DNA of 64,000 nt from Fimbriosthenelais zetlandica (taxonomy: Eukaryota). Within the stretch, counting starts at the first letter, position 1; each line of letters opens with the position of its first letter. The DNA lies in assembly GCA_977030845.1 (NCBI GenBank), contig OZ365118.1, positions 8,370,001-8,434,000 on the forward strand, given 5' to 3'. The translations under genes were made by a program, and so were the position numbers. Below, one piece after another: positions 17,320-41,800 of this stretch. The notes beneath the pieces are model-generated. The model was not told the origin of the DNA, did not search any database, and worked only from the letters and a program-made list of their open reading frames with translations.

Positions 17320-17631
17320 CGGGGTTCCCACTAATGTCCAGAGTCAAAATTGTCCTGACTATAATTGAGAATGTCCTGACCAATTGTCATAATCACTATA
17401 ACTAATGTCTTTTAGGCTCATTTCACAAAGGAAAACGATGCAGGAGAAGGAAAATAAATTAGAAACTCCAGAAACTAGTCAACATCATATCAGTTTTTCC
17501 ATATTTCCTACATTTTCAAAAAATGTCCTGGCTTTCTCCTGGCCCTCGAGAAAGTTTCTTTTCTTTTTCTTTCCATATTTCAAGAAATATTGCTGTCCCT
17601 GACTTTTTTCTTCTGACGAGTGGGAACCCTG
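17320..17631. mobile_element. MITE of the CAGGGTTCCC family
   Basis: CGGGGTTCCCACT ... AGTGGGAACCCTG, with related termini at 10856 and 21627-21900. Confidence 0.55.
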
Positions 17632-17753
17632 AGTGCTGTCATTTTGTCATGCCCCGTCTCACCACCTCGGGTGTATTTATTATGTGTGTATTTTATATTA
17701 GTGTATGTGTAGGGTAGCTGCCTTAGCTGTGGCTGGCTGGTTTGTAGAATGAT

Positions 17754-30350
<12,597 letters not shown>

Positions 30351-30733
30351 TTGGGGAAAACTTTGCAGCCCACTTCAGGCCAGAACTGCTGCCGTAATTC
30401 CACCTGAGCAGGGAAAATGCTCCCGAATTACAAGGGAATCCCTTCTGCCAAATTTTATCAACAACAATAAGACCTTTCTGCGCAGGCGTTACTTTTCTAA
30501 ATTCGCTTGTGTGAAGGGTTATGATTGGCTGGCTATTTCAGACCTCTCCGGTGATGTAGTGCTGAAGGCTAAAATTGTCAGCCAATGACAAGCGAGGTAA
30601 CAAAACATTTCGGGTCGGCGCTTACCTCATTCCCACAATGCAGCAGGGCCGGTTAGTGCGCATGTCTGACAGGGATTCCTTGGTCTTCCGGGAACAGGTG
30701 CTTGTTTTGAGTTGTGAGTGAACAAAATTCATC
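30351..30733. promoter_or_regulatory. Bidirectional promoter Sfmbt / WBP4
   Basis: About 380 bp between divergent start codons; opposed CCAAT boxes (ATTGG 30524, CCAAT 30582), ZNF143-type TTCCCACAATGC 30630-30641, NRF1-like TGCGCAGGCG and TGCGCATG. Confidence 0.6.
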
Positions 30734-33700
30734 ATGTAAGTAGTTTTTCTACAGTCTGGGTTTTTCATATTTGTGTGATTAAGTGATTACTTAATTTGTT
30801 AAAGTGGTAGGGACGTATAGGCTCGATATCAAGTCTTTGATGTTTAAAATAACCTTTTCTGCACCGTTTATGATCACTGAGTGAGTGAATGATACTGATA
30901 GTGTCAATGTGAGTGTCCATCCCTGGCCTAGGGCTAGGGCCTAGGCTAGTACGGGTACTACTGTAATAGGCCTACTAACACTGATACGTAAGTAGTATAG
31001 GCTAGGGCTTTGGGCCAATGCACATCAACAACTGCCAGTACCTTAGACAACTGACCCCTGAATAGACAAATGTAAAACCTCACCCTAAAAGTTGTTCACT
31101 AGTTTGAAATAATAAAAAAAAATACTATGGCTATGCTGTCTAGGCTAGTAATATAGAAGAGAAGATAAACAGCACTAAATTTATCATTAAAATTCTCTAA
31201 AACACATAAAGGACTCAGCCTCTTAGAGAACAGTATTTTTTTTTAAATCGCCACGGAATAGTGTCTTGCACACTTTGTCCCAAATTATTTATAGTAGGCT
31301 ATGAGAAATATTATTAAAGTAATTTTTCTAAACAGGTCGGAATATTGGGTATCCCAGGCTAAAAAGTTTTGTGAATTCTGCAAGTGCTGGATCGCTGACA
31401 ACAAACCTGTAAGTATGCAGTGACATGAAATTTAATATTGTCAATCAGATGTTAATGTAGGCCCATTAAGCCTATAGGCGCCAATCATATAATAATCACA
31501 TTATTAAATGTCGATTTAACTACACGCCATTAAATTTCATTTGTTCATCCAGAGCCGAGATTTTCACGAGAAGGGAAAAAAGCACCAGGACAATGTCAAG
31601 AAAAAAATAGACCAGGTGCGGAAGAAGTCGATGAAAGATGCCAAAAAGGAAGAGGAAATGGTTGATTCTATACGAGAAATGAATGAGGTATGGTAATTTG
31701 AATTATATTTGGGCCTATTGATTTATTATCTCGTGTCTTTCATCGTTCGTAAGCCTATTATAGTCCCAGTTTGCCCATTGAATATGAATTAAAAGATCTA
31801 AAGCTAAAGCTAATTAGCCCAGAAGAATATTTCAGGGAGAAATAATCCAGGACTTAGAAAGATATCTCTGCAATGAACTTATGAATGTATAATAGGATTA
31901 AGTATTGAAATATTTATACTTTATTAATGGGATTATATGACTGCCTTTTATCTTTTTCAGAATGCACTGAAAGCTTTCAAAAAGGACCTTTTGCAGAATC
32001 CCTCTCTGAGAGCACAATATGGCATCGATTTAAAACCCAAAGGTGAGCAGGGTGGATGTAGTAGTCATCAATATTCACACATAACAGTTTGGAACATTTA
32101 TTGGTGATTTTCTCTAATACTATCTAAAAATCGTAAAAAAGTTGAGAAACATTGACCCTTCAAATATAAGACCAGTACTAGGCTAGCACATATTGATTAT
32201 AAATTTTGATTTACAATCCAAAACTGAGCCTCAATCACAGTTTCCTAACTTTCTCAAAAAAGTTTAGAAACATTGACCATTCAAAAATAAGACCAGTACT
32301 AGGCTAACACATATATATTGATTATAAATTTTGATTTCAGAATCTAAAAATGAGCCAGTGTATGGCCCAATGCCTCAACCAGAGACGTCTAAAGAGGCAA
32401 CCCAAAGTGAAGAACCGGAAGTTAGTGAAAAAGAAAATACATCAGACGAAGAAGAAGAGGGGGAGGAGGAGGAAGTGGAGGAGCCGGGGACGTGGCATAT
32501 GGCGGCCTCCGATAAAGGTTACCCTTACTATTGGAATGACGCTACATCAGGTATGGCTATGATTACATTTTAAGACAAATTCCTATGGATTAAAAACCAT
32601 TTTTGGGCCTTAAGTTTACAATCTTTCGATCTCAATTGGCTTGAAGCGTTTTCTTGTTAGTTTCATTGTCATATATTTCTAAAGTGTTGGTGTTTGAATA
32701 TTTAGCCTAAATATAACTACATGTACATTGTATTTGGCTAATAACTTACATCGTTAATTACAGAAGTAACATGGGTTGCACCAGTTGGATATTTGAAACA
32801 ACAAGGAATCCCCCGTGAAGAATACGATAAATACAGACCAGAAGAGGTGAGAAATACATGTTCGACATTTTTCAACTCTTTAAATAAAATAAAAAATTCG
32901 ATAGTGTAACATGTAATGAAAAAATCGATTAGTTAAATATTACTGCAATCGATTAGTTAAATTTTACTGCAACAAAAGTCGGATTTTCCTCTATGTTTAC
33001 AAGCAAGGCACGTTTTTAAAAAGATTTTCCTCATTTTAACAGGAAGATAAAAAGCCCAAAACCAAAAAGAAAAAGAAGTCTGTACCGGCCAATAGCACGC
33101 CACCGCCGGTGGGACCAGAGACAGGGGAGACAGGGGAAACAGAGACAGGGGAACCCGAGGCGAAAAAACCAAAACTAGAAACTATAGAAAATACCACACC
33201 AGAGGAGATTCCTAGCGTTAGTGTACTACCCGAGGACATACCACTACCTCCTGATCCTAGTGACGAAACGACAGATGAAGTGAAGGAAGAGCAAAAGGAA
33301 GGGGCAGATGATGAGAAGGAGGAAGAAGAGGAGAACAAATCGCATGAATCAGAAAAAGCGCCCAAATCGCATGATTCTTATGGTACATGGGAACAAGTGC
33401 AGGTTATTGAAAAGTAAGTAGGATTTTGGTGGAATTAAAAAAGAGAGGACTCGGAGGAAATTTCAAATTTTTATCATAATGTACAGTAAAATGTCCATTA
33501 GAGAACACTACTCATCAATTGAATATATTGGACGCTTTTTCACAGTGCCAGGTTCTGTAGGTATCTTATACAGCTCCCTGTGATTAAGAACACCTATAAT
33601 AAACACTTTATAAATCTATTCTTTATCCATAATAATTCTCTCATAAAATGCCACTTTTAATTTGTGTTTTTCAGACCGCCTCAAATCGACCTGGGATTAC

Positions 33701-33867
33701 CTACGGTGGCGAAACCTGAACAGACCGTGATCATTCCTGCCAACGAACCCAAGATCAAATTCAGAGAAAAGACAGTCTCATCGCTGGGCAGTGGACCAGT
33801 GTTTTTCAAGAAACCCAAAAAGAAAATGACAGCTGCTCAATTCTTAAAGAAACGGGAGGACTCCTAA
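30734..33867 (+). CDS. WBP4: WW domain-binding protein 4 / FBP21 (matrin-type zinc finger plus WW); exons 30734-30735, 31336-31408, 31553-31687, 31961-32042, 32341-32550, 32764-32846, 33043-33413, 33675-33867
   Basis: MSEYWVSQAKKFCEFCKCWIADNKPSRDFHEKGKKHQDNV (U1C/matrin finger), WW GTWHMAASDKGYPYYWNDATSEVTWVAP, and the C-terminal motifs YGTWEQV, QIDLGLP and KFREKTVSSLG. Confidence 0.9.
32137..32356. repeat. Tandem duplication (about 120 bp) covering a WBP4 splice acceptor
   Basis: AAAAAAGTT(G/T)AGAAACATTGACC...GATTATAAATTTTGATTT occurs twice. Copy 1 continues ACAATCCAAAACTGAGCC and copy 2 continues CAG|AATCTAAAAATGAGCC. Confidence 0.85.
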
Positions 33868-34282
33868 CATTCCCTAATAATGTGATCAACCTCGTGTTCC
33901 GAATCATTCTACTCGTCTTATTATCATGCATCTTGTGTCATTTGTCAATAAATCATTATCATAAAATAGAATAAAGAGCTTTTTATTTATTATTATACGA
34001 ATGACCTGTGTATCATGTGTGGTTCGGAATTAATTATAGTTTCACTGATTATTCAGTATGCAGGTACATTGATAAATGGTGTAAGTAAACTGGGCATCAG
34101 AAAAGGCTGCGAAAACCTGCAACACTGAGGAACTTAAAAAACACGAACGCAGTCCATTTAGGTCCATACTACTATTCTTCCAAATCTGTACATTTTACTT
34201 AAGGATGAGATCACAAACCTCTAGTTCCAATATTCATTGACTCATATCTCATTCAACTTAGCTCGGTGAACTTTACTTAACA

Positions 34283-37200
34283 CTATAAACATTTCTTAAG
34301 TTCCTCCAGTTTTCTGTTCAATATTTCTGAGGTTTTCTTTGGATCTGATCGACCACGCGATTCCTTTAGAACTTGCCCCATGAGACGTTGAAAAACTTTC
34401 GATTTTCCATTCAGATATGCAGCCACCTGAAATAGTCAATGTACTCGTTAAAAAAACTTCAGCCAAAAAAAGTTATATTTATAGAGTTTAATACTGTCAT
34501 TAATATTTTTGAGATGCAAAAGATAAAACATATATTCAGATGGGCCTCTTGAGACCTCCGGTTTTTATATACATTTTTGGGGGGTATTATTTTTTTATCA
34601 TTTAAAATTATATATGCTCACAGTATCTGGATTTTGTTGAATCACCCTATCACATATTTGGGTGATAACATCTAGGTCGGTGATCTGTCCCCAGTCATTT
34701 ACCTTCACCACTTCTCTCGGACTCAGCGACCGTTTAAAAACTTCTTCCAAAACCTGCAGCAAAAAGTGTTCAAATCAAAAGTAGTGTGGTTCGTCTGTGT
34801 GTCTTAGTATAGGGAGAAAATCCATTTGATAACGAAACGCACCTTCTTGGAAATATTCTTAGGGATTTCATTGTTTTCAACCATTTCAAGTATTTCTGCA
34901 ACCGTTGCATTGGATATAGGGCTGAAAATGAAAGTACGAAATAGCAAAATTTTAAAGAGGCTGACAGAGACAGCTGATTTTATAATTAATCAATACTTAA
35001 AAGTATTCAGTGTGGAATATACATTTTTATTCGTGAAAAAGTATTCATCCTAAAGAACTCACCTAGTTTCAATGTCCAAATCATGTAGATTTAACAACGT
35101 CAACACTTCGTTCAGTATTAAGTTATAAGCCTGTTTCGGAGTTTTGTTTTTCTGCAGAGCAACAACCTTCTCAAAGAATTTCATCAGTGGTGGATCATTC
35201 TGAAAAAATCAAGGAATTTAGATAAACATTGTTGAAACAGATAAATTGTTTAACTTACAATTCCAATATTTTCTCCAGGATGCGTTTGAATGGGTTCATA
35301 CGGACCCGCAACGCCTCCCTGCCAATATTTTCTAAATCGGAAGTGTTTTGGCTAAGAAGTATAAAGACGGAAAGGGAGGAAGAACTGTTGCGTGCCACCT
35401 GCGAGTCAAAGAGACTCCTTATTATTTATTTTTTTAAAGAATTTTTATAGAGCCTGTCATGGGTGGATACCAACTCACACTCTTGATTACTCAAGTTTCT
35501 ACAAATGTATATGATTTTCAGCTGGCGGCTCTTTCTATGTGCATTACTACATTACCTTCTGTGCAATGGATGTTTCTAGGTGCATGTGCTGTAGAACATA
35601 TGTACAACACACCAACATCCTGAGGAGGGAGGCATTGGAAATGCCTTGGACAGCTTAGAGGATTGAACCGCCGACCCTACGATCATTGGTCAACTACACT
35701 GTGTGACCCTGTGGCCCTCTTAACAATTTGACCACGAAATCCGGCCCTGATAATTATGGTATATACTGACCACCAGTGTAAGAGTCTGTGGTCTTGATAT
35801 GTTGTAATCTTCACCCAGTCGTTCACGTGTTGTTTCTGGTAGAGGAGGCATGCCTCTCCTCACCTCGTCTACATTCACCACGCCTCCCTTCACGGTTTTA
35901 GGTAATGTCTTGTCGCTATATAACACTAAAGGTGGGAGATTAGGCTCCGGGTGGAACCGGTAGTCATGCACCTTCTCCTTATCACGCATTGCTATTGTGG
36001 TACTGAAAAAAATATACAAAATTTAAAGTAAAATTTACATTAAAAAAATTCGTAGTCATTGTTACTCATTCTTAGACACTATCTTAAATATTTCGTAAGT
36101 GGTCTGACTCTATAGACTATACATGTATGTACAATTAAAACGGCTCACATTCTTAGTATCTATTGAATAATTTAGACAAATTTTAAAAATTCATTCCTCA
36201 CATTTCTAAACCTTACCCTGATTCGAAATCAAAAGATCTGGTTTCGTTTATGACTTCGCCACCGCCTTCAAGGATTTTAATCTGGCGTTCAATTTCATAT
36301 TCTACAAAGTACATAGGAACATTTTTAGGACCAGTCAAGAGAAAAGTTTACAAAGACAAAGGAATATATCCTAAAGGATAAATAAAATGCAAAGACTCGG
36401 AGAGCTCACCTATAGCTTTAGCAACGAATCGGACACTGTTAATATTTTTAACTTCTGCTCGTATCCCGAGAGGTGCATTTGGTCGCCTCATGGAAACACT
36501 CGCATCTACACGCAGAGAACCCTCTGAAAATTAATCTAAAATTAGACTTAACACCTATCGCTCCTACAAACCATGGAAATTATTTAGAAAGACAGTGAAC
36601 ATTATTATTTAATTGTCTATAATTATTGAACGAATTTAAAAGATCACCGATTTTTTTTGGGGGAAAGGGAGGTTTTAAAAAAATTGAATCAATTAAGGCA
36701 CTTATACAAATTAGTCAATAATTAATTCAATTTATCACAAACCATGGAAATTGTGTAGGAAACAGTGAAAATTAATTCTTTAATTGTCTATAACTATTTA
36801 ACGATTTTAAAGGATCACCTATTTTTTCTATATTCTTTTTTGGGAAGGGAGGTTTTACAAATATTGAATCAATAAAGGCACTTATACAAATTAGTCAAGA
36901 ATTTATTAAAATTATTCGAGATGTTTCTACCTGACATCTTGCCATCACACGTGCCCAGTGTGACGAGTATTAACTGTAGCTCTCTGATGAAGGCCGCCGC
37001 CTCATCAGCGCTCCTAAAGTCAGGCTCTGTCACGATCTCCATCAACCCAACCCCCGCCCGGTTCAGATCAATCAACGATACCTAAAAGGTCGACAAATAT
37101 GTATTTCTTTTTCAAAAAATGGACTTAATGATAATTATTGATTGAATGAGTAAATGAGTAGAACTAGGAACTGGGATATGTAGAGAAAGAGATAAAGAAA

Positions 37201-38663
37201 GGGAGAAATAAAGAGGGAGACAGAGAAATGGGAAATTAATAAGAGCAGCTCAGGGGAGCCCAGATATTCATTCTAACTAATTCAGATTTTTTTTTAAACT
37301 TTAAATTTTCTCAAGGGATGCCAAGAACCCACCTTAGAGTCCGAATCGTGGAGACTTTTCCCACTGTCTTGTTCTAGTTGGACCTGTGTGATCCCGACTC
37401 TGTGTGATATGTACTCTTGCCGATCCCTAGCATTCTCCGTTGTAAAGGAAAGGTGACCTTTTGTTGCGATTGGCATACGTTGTTGGGTTATTTGGTAGCC
37501 CGCCTATAAAATGAATACATGAATACATGTATTTTTTTTAAAGACCAAGGATATTTAGAATTGATTGAATGGGGTTTAACGTCACTTTTGAACAATTTTT
37601 CAGTTATATCATGACGGTGCCTACTTGTGACAGTGAGCCCAATGCTCTTTTATAGTGCTGCCTCACTGAGGTATCATGTCGCAGGCACATGACATGATAT
37701 CTCACCCAGTCACAATATACTGACACCGGGTTGACCAGTCCAGGATATTTAGAATGACTTAAAAAGGCATTATCCAGACATGATTATAATTATAAAGATT
37801 TGACTGAAAGAACACTGTATAAATTAGTGTCCCTCCACAGAGGAAATCCCTCTTAATGACTCTATGCCAGTAGGGCCTCCTTTGTTAGTCCTATACCAAA
37901 ATTGTTTAAAATTAAAAAGAAAACTTACAGGTAAATCTGCATAGAAGTAGTGTTTTCTGTCAAACTTGGAAACCATGTTCACGTGGCAGTTGAGGGCCAA
38001 AGCTGTCATCACTGCAGCTTCCACACATCTTTGGTTGAGAACCTGAAACGTGAAATAAATTATTTAAATCAAATGGAGATGCAGCCATTTTCTTCTAATT
38101 CATCAAAATGAATAATTAATTTATACTCACTGGAAGAGTTCCTGGTAGGGCAGCATCCATGAAGGAAACTTGGTTATTGATGGGTGCAGAGAACTCAGTT
38201 CCAGCTGCAGAGAATAGCTTGGCCTTGGAGCTAATCTGGGCATGGACTTCAAGTCCAATAACGCTTTCCCATTGACGTCTATAGAAAATAGAAAAATATT
38301 TGAAACATTAGATTAGTGATTAGGTCTGGCGACTACACTAGTCCCTAGGCTGTAATGCATAGGCCTTGAAACTTGATTACTGTAATTTTTATTTTTTTTA
38401 GGATTGTTAGGATTACTGTAATATTGATAGGTGTAGAGCCAGAGGGATACTACTACTACTCAGTACTAGACTAGAGGGCCAAGTTTGATTGGGAAAAATT
38501 TCATTTCTTCCTAAATTAAACAAAATGACATTAAGTGCCATAGTCGCATAGATTCTAATCAACTAATCACATAGGCCTACCTAGCATTTTCCTGTGCCTT
38601 CGCAGCTCGTTGAGAAAAATATCTCAACTGACAAAAAGAAATTTTAAGGCTCTGCCTCAGCAT
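34283..38663 (-). CDS. GATB: Mitochondrial Glu-tRNA(Gln) amidotransferase subunit B (PET112); exons 38581-38663, 38131-38278, 37929-38042, 37333-37503, 36931-37081, 36410-36523, 36217-36301, 35771-36002, 35063-35199, 34843-34921, 34622-34753, 34283-34426
   Basis: Basic presequence [24 protein letters not shown], then [110 protein letters not shown]. Confidence 0.95.
36567..36900. repeat. Intronic tandem duplication, about 170-bp unit, 2 copies
   Basis: ACAAACCATGGAAATT...GGAAGGGAGGTTTTA...AAGGCACTTATACAAATTAGTCAA at about 36567 and 36737. Confidence 0.85.
37561..37742 (-). mobile_element. tRNA-derived SINE copy (5'-truncated)
   Basis: Near-identical to the copy at 59953-60223 across the core and tail. 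Confidence 0.85.
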
Positions 38664-38826
38664 GGCGAAAATGGTAAAAGTTTCATAGCGAGAAGGACTT
38701 ACAACGCCTTGTGATTTCCGGAGCAGCCGCTACATAGACACGTGGCAGCACCTCCCGGTGAAAACTAATATACGGAACTTGCCGGAACTTGCCGGAGTTC
38801 CCCGAAGATGACGTCAGTAGGAGAAC
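38664..38826. promoter_or_regulatory. Compact bidirectional promoter GATB / FBXW7
   Basis: 163 bp between the two ATGs; E-box CACGTG 38739-38744, tandem CGGAACTTGC/ETS-like repeats, perfect CRE TGACGTCA 38809-38816. Confidence 0.65.
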
Positions 38827-41800
38827 ATGGCAGCTGAGGTGACCACTTCGTAAGTGGATGCAGCAAGTAAGTAGCTTATTTATGTGTCTTACCTCTACAT
38901 CCTTGGCGATTTGAGTACGCAGTCAAGCACAAATTGTTTCTAACTAGTTGGTCTTAGTTCGGGAGGCGAATATAGACTATTTGAAAGGGGATCTCTGCAA
39001 TTTAATGCCATTCAAAGGGCCCCCGTCCGCAAATGAAATGTGTGTCGGAGACGGAGTGGGATTAGATTGGGTGCTGAGCCTGAGGAGACTCGTGTTTGGG
39101 TAGAGGATTTCAGCTTTTTGCAATGATATGTTTAGAAAAGTAAACCATAGAAAATGTGCATTTAGTTGCATGAGAAAGCATGAGCTGATTGCCTCGGAAG
39201 TATGGGAGAAAGCTTCGTCCAAAAGTCAAAGCGAGCTGAGGGCTTCTGATGATTGATCAGTGCCCTGGCCTGAGGCCTGACCCCTGTCATTACAGAAATC
39301 TATATAGATCTAGGCCTAGGCCTACACATCTTATCTGTCTCTCCAAACCCACACCTCTATTCCACAAATTCTATTTCTTAAAGTGTCATAATTATAGGCC
39401 TTCCTACCTCCACAATTTTCTAAGTGATCAATACAAAAACAATCTTACAAGATGTTTAAAGGGATTTTGTTAAAATATTCTCTTCGCCCTCGGGCCCTTT
39501 AAAGCAGTTGAAGTAAATTCAACTGTATATATTTTATATATTTATATATATTTTATATATTTTTCAGGAATCTGCCGACTTATAATGCTGCTATGGCGAG
39601 TGGAAAAATAGACATAAATTCAGCTTCACTCGAGCAGTTGGAATGCCTCGTTGGAATAGGACACGCCAAGGCTCAGATTGTTATAGAAGCTAGGAAGGTA
39701 GGCTATGCTTGTTCATTTTGCCAAAATTTTTGGGGCATAGACGTCTATGTCGCTACCTAATATGATAAAATCATCCTTTAGATCTAGATAGTTTAAATAT
39801 TTCCTGAAATTCCTCTATTTTATATTTGCAACCAGTTTGGAAAATGCAAGGGCTGAAAATCACTTTGGCCTACTATGTCTGAGAGGCTCTCTGGTTGGGA
39901 TTCTGAACACCCAATATGACTATCTATAAATCATTTCTGTGTCTTACATAGAATCTTTACTATGATTTTGTGGGTAATTTTTCAGAATTAGATATCTACA
40001 TGAATATTTATGCATCCAAAATCCCTATACTATATCATCAACATATCTTTAGGCTATAATCTGTGGTGATAGGCTAGTCTGTTTATTGTATGCCTCATAT
40101 AAATCTTTTTCGGTGTCCAACTATAAATCTTTACTTCGATTATCTTCGATTATCTTTTATTCGATTTCATATGCATTGTACCTCCGAACATTTACATCAA
40201 CATATTAGATTCTAGTCTAAGGTTATAGTCTGTCTATTATAAACCAAATCTAATTCTTTCTTTCCACAGACTGCTGGGGGGTTTAAAAATGTGAGTGACT
40301 TGATCAAGATTCCTGGAATAGGTCGTGTTATATTAGACCTGAACAATGATCTGCTTACGTGTATACCTCTACCTTCACCCAGCACGAGGCGGAGTCCCCG
40401 TAACCATGAACGGTACGTTAATGCTGCTAAATAATTACCTTGCTTCCCGTTATGCACATTTACAATAGATACTGCTGATGGTCTTACATAAGCTGCTTGC
40501 CTTCTACAATAATTAATTCCTACTTTGGCAAATTGTCAGTGTCCAATGCGATCAGAGCTTCTATAATATCAGGGTGTAAGATGTTCGATATTGCATGATG
40601 CCATCCCAATTTGCGATTAAAACTACCGGTACCTCTTGTGGGATGTATTCCTACCTTTGTGTCACTAAAAATTGGGGTACACATAAAAGAGAATAGGGCT
40701 CAGTGTCACAAGTAGGCACTGTCATGATATAACTGAAAAAGTATTGAAAGTGACGTTAAACAACCATGCAATGACAATGAGACATTTTGACAGTGGTTCT
40801 GATATATTAATAATCATTTTTGTATAGGAGAGAGACGCGGAGTTCCGCCCGTTTAGAGGCGAGTTCCAGCAGTTCCTGCTCGTCGGGAACCTCGTCCTCC
40901 AGCACCACCTCCAGCGTGGGTAGTTCCAGCCTCATCACTCCAGACTCGGACAGGGAACACCTGCCTACAGCGGGAACCTCTCACACCTCTCCCTCTAAAC
41001 AAGAACCCGCAAAAGATGCGGATAAGCCTAAAGATGAATCCCCAGCCTCAGCCCCTGGGGATGAGAGGGGCGGGGATTTGGAGGAAGAGGAGGAGGGGGA
41101 AGATGAAGATGTTCTATTAGACTCAATCAGTAATGGTGATAGTGACAATGTGGTACAAATGGACCTTATAGCCGGGGATGGTGACAACCAGGCCACGGGG
41201 GATACCCCCAGGGAATCCCCGAGTCAAGGGGAGGCAGAGGATGACGAGGAGGAAGGGGAAAAAGAAGGGGAGGACGAGGAGGAAGAAGAAGAGGAGTTGG
41301 AGGGAAGTGGGTTACCGTGTCTTAGGTCTAAAGGATTACCCAGCACTGATAAACAATGGGTAAGTCAAATTCTTTAATTAATTTTGTTAAATTGTTAAAT
41401 TCCCTGTATACCACGAGGGAAATGGGATATTAATCATTACTGACTATCATGATGAGGAGTTATATAATGTAAGTATGTAGCTATAATGTTGTAAATTATT
41501 TAAAATATAAATTTATTTAAAAGGTACAGTCTACATCTTTTATTTTCTAGGAGTTAGAATTTATTAGTACAGTACCATATATAATTACATTAAATTTCTC
41601 TTTCCATGGCTTGCCATGAACAAACGCCATAAACACCTGCATAAGATAAAGTATAAGAATAAAACTGGAAACTTGAATGATTATGATAAAGACTTGAGGA
41701 TCGAGAACCAGAATAGTGATAAAATTATTTTTTATAAATCCATGATTTTTCAGATGAAAAGAAAATCCGAGACCAGTGTAGACCTGAAGGCCATGTCCCC

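Noticed and set aside
33036-33365. 109-aa Ser-rich minus-strand ORF
   Set aside because: It is antisense to the acidic WBP4 exon.
35229-35450. Exon-like segment within GATB
   Set aside because: GATB splices in frame from 35771 to 35199 without it, and candidate acceptors give stops or non-homologous peptide.
39568-40412. HhH exons as bacterial contamination or a free-standing comEA gene
   Set aside because: The domain is split by a spliceosomal GT-AG intron and is phase-linked to flanking eukaryotic exons.
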